A DNA stretch of 44,613 nt from an archaeon (lineage in GTDB: Archaea > SpSt-1190 > DYHY01), in the NCBI GenBank assembly GCA_037442745.1, contig JBBIPP010000013.1, forward strand, positions 1-44,613, given 5' to 3'. Shown in pieces: positions 37,184-44,613 of this stretch. The notes beneath the pieces were generated by a model. The model made no database searches and had not been told where the DNA came from. It saw only the letters and a list, made by a program, of their open reading frames with translations. The position numbers and the translations under genes are program-made. The first letter of the stretch is position 1. Every line of letters starts with the position of its first letter.

Positions 37184-37888
37184 CTAGACCGGGTTCTCAA
37201 GAACCTTCGTCTCAACTTCCCCCCTGCTTTCCCTGTTTATTGCGTCAACGAACTCATGCATCAGTCCAGCAGGCATTTCTACTTCGCAGACCCAAGAACC
37301 GTCATTGAGCCAGCTGTCCCGTTTGACTTCGGCGAACCGCTTGACAAGCCCTATTGCCCTCGGGGCGTGCACCGGAGGGAATCTGCAGGCAAGCCTCCTT
37401 TTCTCAAAGCGTATGGGAATTATTGGCCGGAGGAGCTTTAGGATGTCCCCCACCTGCTCGTCTGCCGATTTGTTCGGGTCAATGTGGACTCTCGCTTCCT
37501 CCATTGCAGCCTCTATTCTTGCGGGAGGATGGGGAAGGCCACTTTGGGGATTGACTGCGTTCCGTGCAATTGTGGAAATTACCTGCTTCCGCTTGTCTTC
37601 CACAATCTTCCTCTTCTGCTCGACAGTAAGGGAAAGCTCTCCTTTTGCGAGGATTTCCTCTGCCACCATGAAAATGTCCTCAGTCCCGAAAGCGGACTTT
37701 ATGTCTGACGTTCCCGCTTTTTCAGCGGCTTTTGCGTCCTTGAAAATCTCGTTCACTGCAAGCATTGTTTCCATTCCCCATTTTTGGCCCTGCTTGAACG
37801 AGAGTGCCTTGTCCGGGTCTACCAGAATCTCGAATTTTTTGCCGTTCCTTTCCAGGCGAACTGTTGTTGCCCTGTCAACGCTTACCAT
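37184..37888 (-). CDS. sdo1: Ribosome maturation factor SBDS/Sdo1
   Basis: FEILVDPD, IFKDA, FGT.D, NP..PHPPARIE.AM and IPIRFE. Confidence 0.96.
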   Translation of the reverse strand: MVSVDRATTVRLERNGKKFEILVDPDKALSFKQGQKWGMETMLAVNEIFKDAKAAEKAGTSDIKSAFGTEDIFMVAEEILAKGELSLTVEQKRKIVEDKRKQVISTIARNAVNPQSGLPHPPARIEAAMEEARVHIDPNKSADEQVGDILKLLRPIIPIRFEKRRLACRFPPVHAPRAIGLVKRFAEVKRDSWLNDGSWVCEVEMPAGLMHEFVDAINRESRGEVETKVLENPV

Positions 37889-37903
37889 TTCCAGGCAAAA
37901 TGG

Positions 37904-38683
37904 TTACTTTTGTCCCTTGTCTTTTCCTGAGAGTTTGTCCGCTGACTTGTCCGCTGACTTGTCTCCAGGCCTGTCAGAAAGTGCCTTTATTTTGCTCTCT
38001 GCCAGTTTCTCAAAACCAGTCTCCTTTGTGACATAAACCAGTTCTATTTTCTCGGAATCAATTTTCTTTTTTGTTGTCTTTGAGAGTGCGCGAAGAGCTA
38101 GAGCCGCCGCATCGTCAATTGACATTTCTTCGGAATACTCCTTTTCAAGGATCTCCATTATCTCCGCACGGCCCTCCCCAAGAGCTGCTGCCTTCCATTC
38201 AGTTGGCGTTCCTGATGGGTCTGTCTCAAAAAGCCGGGGCTTGCCGTTGTTAACTCCTCCAATTAGTATGGAAACTCCGAAAGGCCGGAGGCCCCCGTAT
38301 TGGGTGAAAAGCTGGCTCATGTCGCAGACATATCTCACGACGCTTGTGACATCAATCGGCTCGCCATAGACAATTTTGTTCCGCTGGCTCTCTACTCTTG
38401 CCTCGTCGACAATTTTTCTTCCATCAGCGACGAGTCCGGAGGTCGCAATTGCAATGTGCGCGTCTATTTTGTAGATTTTCTCAATTGATGTCGGGACCAT
38501 CATAGGGTTCGTCACCCGCTTGTCGGCGACAATAACAACTCCTTTCTTTGCGACAATCCCTATTACTGTCGCGCCCCGTTTCACCGCCTCCATTGCATAC
38601 TGCACTTGGAAAAGCCGTCCGTCCGGGGAGAAAACCGTTGCAACTCGGTCATAACCCATTGTTTCAGGGCTCATTATCTGCAT
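37904..38683 (-). CDS. psmA: Proteasome alpha subunit
   Basis: GYDR..TVFSPDGRLFQVQYA, SGLVAD, RPFGVS and TDPSG. A 12-bp duplication encodes a DKSADKSA tail. Confidence 0.98.
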   Translation of the reverse strand: MQIMSPETMGYDRVATVFSPDGRLFQVQYAMEAVKRGATVIGIVAKKGVVIVADKRVTNPMMVPTSIEKIYKIDAHIAIATSGLVADGRKIVDEARVESQRNKIVYGEPIDVTSVVRYVCDMSQLFTQYGGLRPFGVSILIGGVNNGKPRLFETDPSGTPTEWKAAALGEGRAEIMEILEKEYSEEMSIDDAAALALRALSKTTKKKIDSEKIELVYVTKETGFEKLAESKIKALSDRPGDKSADKSADKLSGKDKGQK

Positions 38684-38771
38684 TTTTCTTTTCAGCCTCT
38701 TTTATTTTTCTTTTCTGTTCAGGACGGAGGAATGATTGCCTGTTTATAAGTTTATTTTCTGTACTAATTCC

Positions 38772-39116
38772 CTAGCTTTTCGGGCCAAGTATGCCCTTTA
38801 ACGTCCCAGATTTGCCTAGAACAACGAGCCGTGCGGGAACTCCTGAGATGGCAGTTACAATTGCCAGAGCGCCCCTGAAAACTCCCTGCCCGGAGACGCT
38901 TGTCCTTATTACTGAGCAATTCTCCGGGATTTTGGCGCTTCCAAGCCTTCCCCCGGAAAGGCCTTTCCCTTCCCTGACAAAAGAGGCCTCAGTTGCCCCG
39001 AGCCCGACGGAGCCCAACAGCTTTTCTAGCTCAATTAGGAGTCCCTTCTGCCAATTTGCTGGAGCCGTTCCCGCGAAAATTGCCTCAATTAGGAAATATC
39101 TCTGGCCCCTCTTCAT
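38772..39116 (-). CDS. rnp2: RNase P protein component Pop5/Rpp14 (divergent)
   Basis: QRYFLIE, LLGSVG and GKSGTLK. It occupies the expected position in the exosome superoperon. Confidence 0.75.
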   Translation of the reverse strand: MKRGQRYFLIEAIFAGTAPANWQKGLLIELEKLLGSVGLGATEASFVREGKGLSGGRLGSAKIPENCSVIRTSVSGQGVFRGALAIVTAISGVPARLVVLGKSGTLKGILGPKS

Positions 39117-39709
39117 TTACGGGATTCCTCCACTCCTTCCCCCTCCAACTCCCCATCCCCCCAATCAACAATCCTGATTCCGGGAAAAATCTCGCCCCTT
39201 TTGCCTTTAATTAGTTTGGAAGATAGCGAGAGCATTTTTCCCGGGTTTTTTGCTCCGAGAATCTCAAGAACGCCCGCCAAATCTCCCTTGTCCCGGGAAA
39301 GGATTTCCTTCTCTGCGAACGTTGCGAAAATTGATGGGGCGTTGTAGTAGTCAAGGATTTCCACTGCCTGCTTCGCCCGCCCAATCTCCTTCCTTATCTC
39401 CAGCGGGTTTGAGACAATTTGCGAGAAAGATATTGCTACTGGAAAGCCGTTCTTTTTTGCAAGGGAGGCAATTGATTTGTCAATCCATACTCTTGATAGG
39501 TCAGGAAGAAGAAAGTCGGCAGAGTTCCCGGAAGAAATTGCCTTCAGTGCCCGCATCCTGTCGGCAGTCTTTATTCCAACAAGCGACACCCTCCCCAATT
39601 TTGCCAGGGCCGCGCCCTTTTCAAGCGAGCCGTCCGAGTCTAGAACCAAAGCAACCTTTTCCTGAAAGCTTTCCTTCGGCTCGAAGAGAACGAGGTCCTT
39701 GAAAGTCAT
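39113..39709 (-). CDS. rnp3: RNase P protein component Rpp30 (divergent)
   Basis: DKSIASLAKKNGFPVAISFS and AP.IFATFA.....RD..DL. ATGA coupling to trm56 and conserved synteny. Confidence 0.65.
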   Translation of the reverse strand: MTFKDLVLFEPKESFQEKVALVLDSDGSLEKGAALAKLGRVSLVGIKTADRMRALKAISSGNSADFLLPDLSRVWIDKSIASLAKKNGFPVAISFSQIVSNPLEIRKEIGRAKQAVEILDYYNAPSIFATFAEKEILSRDKGDLAGVLEILGAKNPGKMLSLSSKLIKGKRGEIFPGIRIVDWGDGELEGEGVEESRK

Positions 39710-40236
39710 TTTTTCCTTCTCCCTGCCTTCTTTATTATTTCCTTTCCGCTTCCCGAAGGGACTATTTTCCTTTCCCAACCGGGGAATTCGTCCGGAATTT
39801 TCCCGCAATTAAGTTTGTAGAGAAATAGCGCGAGAGCGGATACTTCGCTATGCGGCTGGCTCGTTACTGCAATGTTTTTTCCAATTGAGTAGTATTCCCT
39901 TTGGACTTTTGGCCCCCCGACAATTGCGAGCAGTTTTGTCGACCTACCGCCCTTTTCCGCCCCGAATTCCTGGAACGGGAGGCCGTAAAAAGTAAGGTGA
40001 ATTTTTTCCCCCCTGAAATTCTTCGCGAACGCAAGGGGCTTTTCAACATACCTTATCCTGAATTTTCCGCCCCAGGTTTTTGCAACATTCCTGACGCTCT
40101 CTTCCAATTTATTGTCTTGTTCCCCGGAATATGCAAATTCCACAGCCCCTAGAGCCCTTCCTGCAAGTGCTACATGGGTAGTTATCCGTTTGTCCCTAAC
40201 TTTCCTGTGGTCTAGTCGGAGTATTGTTACTTTCAT
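39706..40236 (-). CDS. trm56: tRNA (cytidine56-2'-O)-methyltransferase
   Basis: LRLDHRKVRDKRITTHVAL, WGG.F, HLT.YG, VGGPKV and NIAVTSQPHSEVSALA. Confidence 0.96.
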   Translation of the reverse strand: MKVTILRLDHRKVRDKRITTHVALAGRALGAVEFAYSGEQDNKLEESVRNVAKTWGGKFRIRYVEKPLAFAKNFRGEKIHLTFYGLPFQEFGAEKGGRSTKLLAIVGGPKVQREYYSIGKNIAVTSQPHSEVSALALFLYKLNCGKIPDEFPGWERKIVPSGSGKEIIKKAGRRKK

Positions 40237-40241
40237 TTGGA

Positions 40242-40646
40242 TCAATCCATTATTCCTCGCAGATATTCGGAGACATCCCCACCAGAAAAGACGCAAAAGG
40301 ACGCCTCAATATTTACCGTCTGATTTTCTGAAATGACTGGCTCCTCAGTTCTCCCTTCAAAGAGGGCGCTTTTAGAAAGCCGGAAGAAAGCCCTTTTGTT
40401 ACCCTCAATTTCAACTGGCAGGCCAGAGAGATTTCTGATTAGCCCGACAATCTCCTTTTTGTTCTCAGTTCTGTAGCTGAATTTTATTATTGGGTTCTTG
40501 TAATGGCCGAAAAGCTTCTCTTCAGTTATTTCCGCCCCTTCCCTGAAAATTCGTAGGAATAGCGCCCTTACGCTTTCCGGGTCTTCAGTAGAATGGCAAA
40601 AGACCTCGGCCTTGAGCGTTGCCGGCTCTACGCTATTTCCTTGCAT
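40242..40646 (-). CDS. RNA-binding protein, predicted exosome-associated (COG1325 type)
   Basis: VFCHSTEDPESV, GHYKNPI and FFRLSK. It lies next to rpl15e. Confidence 0.82.
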   Translation of the reverse strand: MQGNSVEPATLKAEVFCHSTEDPESVRALFLRIFREGAEITEEKLFGHYKNPIIKFSYRTENKKEIVGLIRNLSGLPVEIEGNKRAFFRLSKSALFEGRTEEPVISENQTVNIEASFCVFSGGDVSEYLRGIMD

Positions 40647-40714
40647 TTCCCCGGCAATACTCCGGACCCTCTGTTTAAAAAAAGCGGTGTTTTCGGGGCG
40701 CGCCCACTATTCTG

Positions 40715-41251
40715 CTACTTGCCCTTTCTCCCGTGCGCCGAAATTGACGGCCTGACTTTCTCTGCCCCGGTCCCCTTGTTCAAAAGGCCCCTTCCCCGCT
40801 TTCCTGCGGAAGTGAGTCCCCGGTAAGCCCTTCCGGAAGCTTCTGTTGCTCGCGAGAGCCGTTTGTCCGAGATAACTGAGGGGCTCGAAGAGTCAACCAT
40901 TATTACCTCATACCATGTGCTGACAGAATCGTCCCCAACCCAGTAGGAATTGAGAACTTCCAAGTTCCTGAATTTCCTCGATGCCCTCTGCTCGGCAATC
41001 CTTTGGCGAGAAACTTTCGCAGAATACCTGACCTGCCCGGATTTGGAAGGCTTTCTTCCGCGGTTGGGCCTCTCCCTCTTGCTACCCCCTTTTCCGATTC
41101 TTACCCGGACAAGCACAACGCCCTGCTTTGCCAAATATCCGGCTTGCCTTGCCCTGTCGAGCCTTGTCGGACGCTCTATTCTCTCAATAGAATCCTGACT
41201 TCTCCATTCAATCATCCTGACTTTCTGGGCAGATTCAGCATACATTGCCAT
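40715..41251 (-). CDS. rpl15e: 50S ribosomal protein L15e
   Basis: [28 protein letters not shown] and RGLTSAGK. Confidence 0.98.
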   Translation of the reverse strand: MAMYAESAQKVRMIEWRSQDSIERIERPTRLDRARQAGYLAKQGVVLVRVRIGKGGSKRERPNRGRKPSKSGQVRYSAKVSRQRIAEQRASRKFRNLEVLNSYWVGDDSVSTWYEVIMVDSSSPSVISDKRLSRATEASGRAYRGLTSAGKRGRGLLNKGTGAEKVRPSISAHGRKGK

Positions 41252-41276
41252 TGCGCAAGAGAGCCCCTTACGGGGC

Positions 41277-41284
41277 TTTAAAAA
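41277..41284. promoter_or_regulatory. TATA box between rpl15e and the isochorismatase pseudogene
   Basis: TTTAAAAA lies 26 nt from ATG 41251 (-) and about 20 nt from ATG 41304 (+). Confidence 0.5.
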
Positions 41285-41303
41285 CGTTGCCCTAGCGGAC
41301 CGG

Positions 41304-41962
41304 ATGCGCCCTCAAGAAGAGGTATTTGGCACTTGCAATCCATTCGGGTTCAGAGAAAGCGCAGAATCGAAATGCGTTAAAAGCATTGTGTGCGCAGGAG
41401 ACTTTGCCTGAGAAGGAAGCCTCCTGATAATTGACACAATCAATTCATGCTGTTCCCGTGAGTTTGAGCAGACAAAGAGGAGAATAACTTTCTCAAAGAT
41501 ACTGAAAATCGTTCCCGGACTGGAAAAATACTTCTCCTCCTATAGGAAACTGGGCGGACGCGTAATATTCTTTGCATGCGCCCAGCGGACAAGGGAGTTC
41601 CTGCCTTGAAACATAAGGGCGCTCTATGAAACTTTCCCTCCTTCAGATATTATTCCAAGGACAAGACAGGAAAAATGGGAGAGGGTTTTCAGGAAATCAA
41701 ACTATGAAGCCTTCACGAACCAAGCTCTCGGAAAATTCCTGCGGAAAGCGTGGATTGAAACTCTCCAAATTTCCGGAGTGTTCCCAGATTCATACGTTAA
41801 AGTCACCATAAACAGGGATTTCTCAAGGTGATATTCGATAAGGATTCTGGGGATTTGGCTGAAACGACAGACTTCCGGACAAGGCAGCGCCTCCAAAAGC
41901 TCCTGAATGAATATTTCTGGCCAATTTTCCACTGCCAAGTCATTTCTTCGAAAGTTTTCTGA
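41304..41962 (+). pseudogene. Isochorismatase/cysteine hydrolase family pseudogene
   Basis: LLIIDTIN...GGRVIF...VFRKSNYEAFTNQAL..FLR...IETLQISGVFPDSYV..TI..DFSR*YSIRIL. TGA at 41409, 41607 and 41829, a late frameshift, and Y in place of the catalytic Cys. Confidence 0.82.
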
Positions 41963-42523
41963 GAATTTCTTTCAGCGTTTCCTCAGCCTTTTTCGGGTTC
42001 CCCCTTCCGACAGGAAAGTAGCACGGATAGATTGGATACTTTTTCCCGGAAATGTCCACTGAAAACAGTTTCCCTGAGCTCTCTTTCAGTTTTATTTTTT
42101 TGCCGGCAATTGCCTCAAAGGGAATAAGACCTATTGCAATAATTGCCCTTGAGCGCATTCTTTCTATTTCGTGGAAGAGCTTTTTTCACCCCCTCCTAAT
42201 TTCATCCTTTCCGGGATTCCTCCCATAAGGTTTTGTCTCCTTGCAGAGGTTTGTCAGGGCGATTTTTCCTTTTTTGAGGGTTCTCTCAAGGCCCCTTGCG
42301 AATCCTACAGTCCAGTCATCCTCTCTTATACGGGAAAACTCCCCTGAAACAAGCCCTGCATTCGAAAGGACTTTCCATACCGGCTCGTCCCGACGAACGG
42401 AAATCTTGGCCCCTTCTAGGATTTTTTCGAGGAAATGTTCCTTGCAGTAGGGTTGATGAAAACCAAGACAATGTCCGGACGTTTCAGGCACCCTCCGGCG
42501 GGTATTGGAAGTAGCCGGCCCAT
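41940..42523 (-). pseudogene. Uracil-DNA glycosylase-like family pseudogene
   Basis: GGCLKRPDIVLVFINPTARNISS..*KG..PFVGT (TAG 42416-42418), frameshift, then TNLCK...EI...*..LFHEI...IIAIG...YPCYFPVGRG (TGA 42186-42188). Confidence 0.75.
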
Positions 42524-43309
42524 TCAGATTCTCCTGCCAATTCCTACTAGAACCGGAACTGTCGAGTTCTCATATATTACGAAATTGGCCTTCTTTTCAT
42601 AATATCCTTCAGCATTTATTGTGGCGAAATATCCCCCTACAGGGAGGTTGAAGAGAGCGGTTCCGTTCTCAATAGTATCCTTTGTCAAAACAGGCCTGCC
42701 AATTGAATCTGTGATGTGGACTGTTGCTCCGGCAATCGGGGACCTGCTTGAAGCATCAATTACCCTGACTTCAGAGAAGCCCGAATTTGGAAGTGGTTCT
42801 GCTTCTGGAGCAACTGGCTCAGGAGCGCTCTTACGAAGGTGAATTGCCAGTTCGGTTTCCCTTTCGGGGGAAACTTCTGCGGAAACCTCTTGCCCGAAGA
42901 AGCCGTTTGCGCTAACCCTGACAAAATAGGTCCCTTCAGTTATTCTGTAGAACTCGACTTCGCCAAGAGTCCCTGTCACAAGCTCGAGGTTCTCGACTCC
43001 CAATATTGCGACAGTTGCCCCGGAGACTGCTTCTTCAGTTCCTTCCGAGAGAATTTTGATTGAGAGTTTGCCTTTTCCTAGCTCAGTTGTTGTTGGTTGG
43101 GTTGTGGCCGGAACCGAACCAGTTCCGGAGGAAGTTGTTGTTTTCTCTTGGTTGGCTCCCTGAGAATTTCCGGAATCTCTGCTTCCAAAGAAAGGAACTG
43201 CCAGCACAAGAACCGCAAGAATTAGAACAACTGCCCAGAAGAATGCTGGGATTTTGTTCGGGGATTGGGTTTCCCTTGTTTTTGTCATTTTCAGGAATAT
43301 CCTCTGCAT
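42524..43309 (-). CDS. Membrane-anchored protein with two carboxypeptidase-regulatory-like beta-sandwich repeats
   Basis: N-terminal TM, a Thr/Ser-rich linker, and two repeats of V.GATV...T..G...F....G.Y...V.A.G. The start may be 43288. Confidence 0.8.
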   Translation of the reverse strand: MQRIFLKMTKTRETQSPNKIPAFFWAVVLILAVLVLAVPFFGSRDSGNSQGANQEKTTTSSGTGSVPATTQPTTTELGKGKLSIKILSEGTEEAVSGATVAILGVENLELVTGTLGEVEFYRITEGTYFVRVSANGFFGQEVSAEVSPERETELAIHLRKSAPEPVAPEAEPLPNSGFSEVRVIDASSRSPIAGATVHITDSIGRPVLTKDTIENGTALFNLPVGGYFATINAEGYYEKKANFVIYENSTVPVLVGIGRRI

Positions 43310-43406
43310 TCTTTTTAACTTTTCCAGAAAATACGGGATTTGGCCTATTTGGGAACTGCTTTGGGAAAAAATTTAAACAAAAGTCAAGATGTAACTGCGA
43401 CATAAA

Positions 43407-44360
43407 ATGAAAAGCCTCACAATTTCAGTTGTTTCTGATTCAAAAGATTTGCGGGAGAGAATATGCCGGGAGCTCGGGAAAAAGAGCCCGGGCGAGGATG
43501 ACTTGAATTTTTACAATTCCAAGTACTCTGAGCTAATACTAACTGCAATTGAGGCGGCCAGGTTCCCCGAAAAGGTCCAAAGCATCCTATATTCTCTCGC
43601 AATATCTGATTTTGTTGTACTTGCCGTCGAAAAAATCACCTCGGCAATTGGCGAAGCAATTGTTGCAACAGCTCTTTCGCGAAAGCAGGGCCTGATATTC
43701 ACTTCCCTTCAGCCGGAAGAGCTCATTCCCCTGACAAAAGACACCCCTCTTGCACATTTCCCGGTCTTTTCGGAAATTCTTCCAATGAGGACTGCTGTTC
43801 TCTCATTTTCGCCCGGGAGAATTGATGGCGCGCTCAAGGGGATAATTGACAATTCCTTTGACGTCAAGGGAGTCGGTGCGGTTGCCCTAGGATTCGTTTC
43901 AAGGGGAACTTTGAAAGTGCACGACAAGCTTTCGGTTTTTCCGTCCGGAAAATCGCTCCAAGTCCGCTCAATACAGATGCACGACGACAACTATTCCTCT
44001 GCCTCCGCAGGGGACCGCTTTGGGATATCCTTCAGGGGCGTCCCGGCTGACGAGCTCTCAAAGGGGGATATACTGTCCTTTCCGGGGAGAATTCAGGTGT
44101 CAAAGGGATTCTCCGCCAGAGGGACTCTCTCCAAATTTTCGAAAAAAGCGCTCTCCGGAGGGGAGAAAATACACGTCTCAATCGGCCTCCAGTTCGTTCC
44201 CGCGAAAATAGTCTCTGGCTCAATTGAGCCTGGAAAGGAGGGGTCAATTGACTTGGCTTTCGAGGCGCCCGTTGCATATGATTCGGACGACACTATCTAC
44301 TTTGTCCGGATGAACGAAAAGCTCCTCCGGGTTGTCGGAGCGGGGAAAGCGTCCGCCTAA
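43407..44360 (+). CDS. Archaeal SelB-like protein (aSelBL; degenerate G domain plus EF-Tu domains II/III)
   Basis: FPEKVQS, IGE.IVA, IDNSFDVKGVGAVALG, VRSIQMHD and GDRFG. No P-loop. Confidence 0.85.
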   Translation: MKSLTISVVSDSKDLRERICRELGKKSPGEDDLNFYNSKYSELILTAIEAARFPEKVQSILYSLAISDFVVLAVEKITSAIGEAIVATALSRKQGLIFTSLQPEELIPLTKDTPLAHFPVFSEILPMRTAVLSFSPGRIDGALKGIIDNSFDVKGVGAVALGFVSRGTLKVHDKLSVFPSGKSLQVRSIQMHDDNYSSASAGDRFGISFRGVPADELSKGDILSFPGRIQVSKGFSARGTLSKFSKKALSGGEKIHVSIGLQFVPAKIVSGSIEPGKEGSIDLAFEAPVAYDSDDTIYFVRMNEKLLRVVGAGKASA

Positions 44361-44613
44361 TTGAGCTTTTTCCTGTAGATCAGCCGGAAAACGCCGAACT
44401 TTTCGCTTTCATATTGCGCCCCTGCCAAGGAATTGTCCTCTTTTACCTTCATTGAAATGTAGGAGAATCCGGATTTTTTGGCTTCCGAAATCTCTCTTTC
44501 AAGAAGGCGCCTTCCGAAGTTTTCATTCTCTCTTTAGAACCTCTTTGAAGATTATTGGGTTTTCTTTACGCCAGTCAACGGATTTTTCTTTTTTGAAAAG
44601 AAAAATTGGCGAG
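44357..44613 (-). pseudogene. GNAT acetyltransferase remnant (runs off the window edge)
   Basis: SKRF*RENENFGRRLLEREISEAKKSGFSYISMKVKEDNSLAGAQYESEKF...YRKKLN*, with an in-frame TAA at 44534-44536. Confidence 0.6.

Noticed and set aside
37937-37963. 12-bp tandem repeat in psmA
   Set aside because: It is an in-frame duplication in a disordered C-terminal tail, with no sign of a separate function.
1728-42418. Genome-wide stop-codon reassignment, suggested by many in-frame TAGs and by TGAs at Gly positions (2753, 12424, 41829)
   Set aside because: TAG and TGA correctly end conserved genes (ppa, rpl15e, trxB, lig; guaD, rrp41). The internal TAGs align to different expected residues, GGA-to-TGA is a single substitution, and most affected genes also carry frameshifts or lost catalytic residues.
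43407-44360. True SelB and selenocysteine decoding of the nearby TGA codons
   Set aside because: There are no GTPase motifs, the TGAs do not fall at Cys positions, and no sel genes are visible.
1-44613. tRNA, rRNA, transposase or integrase genes
   Set aside because: None recognised by eye. Most gaps are explained by pseudogenes or short promoters, but a covariance-model scan would be needed to exclude small RNAs.

Overview
A 44.6-kb archaeal chromosome segment. The archaeal assignment rests on Rpl15e, aTrm56, the exosome subunits Rrp4/41/42, PsmA, SBDS, aSelBL and TATA-box promoters about 25-30 nt upstream of start codons. The TrmB sequence and divergent core proteins suggest a DPANN-type lineage, which is an inference. 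The right part holds the conserved exosome/proteasome/RNase P superoperon. The middle holds smc, an ATP-dependent ligase, pyk and trxB. The left third holds accessory, largely bacterial-looking genes. The strongest signal the ORF track misses is gene decay: I read about 12 broken genes among about 44 intact ones. They include remnants of uvrB (apparent large internal deletion), uvrC and a UDG-like glycosylase, plus yjbQ, an isochorismatase, a GNAT, two HADs and a DUF6498-like gene, while long core genes are intact. Other highlights are a PlsC-type acyltransferase near a YqeG/GEP4-type phosphatase and an IMPase, and a GC-rich island with a phosphonopyruvate-decarboxylase-like gene. There are also unannotated microproteins (a 51-aa, 55% acidic peptide beside smc and a 55-aa four-Cys peptide), a PLP-enzyme homolog lacking its catalytic Lys, a 67-bp tandem repeat at the trxB 3' end, and apparent GATC depletion with CAATTG enrichment. 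I found no rRNA, tRNA, CRISPR array or transposase. All assignments come from motif recognition by eye; no database searches were run.
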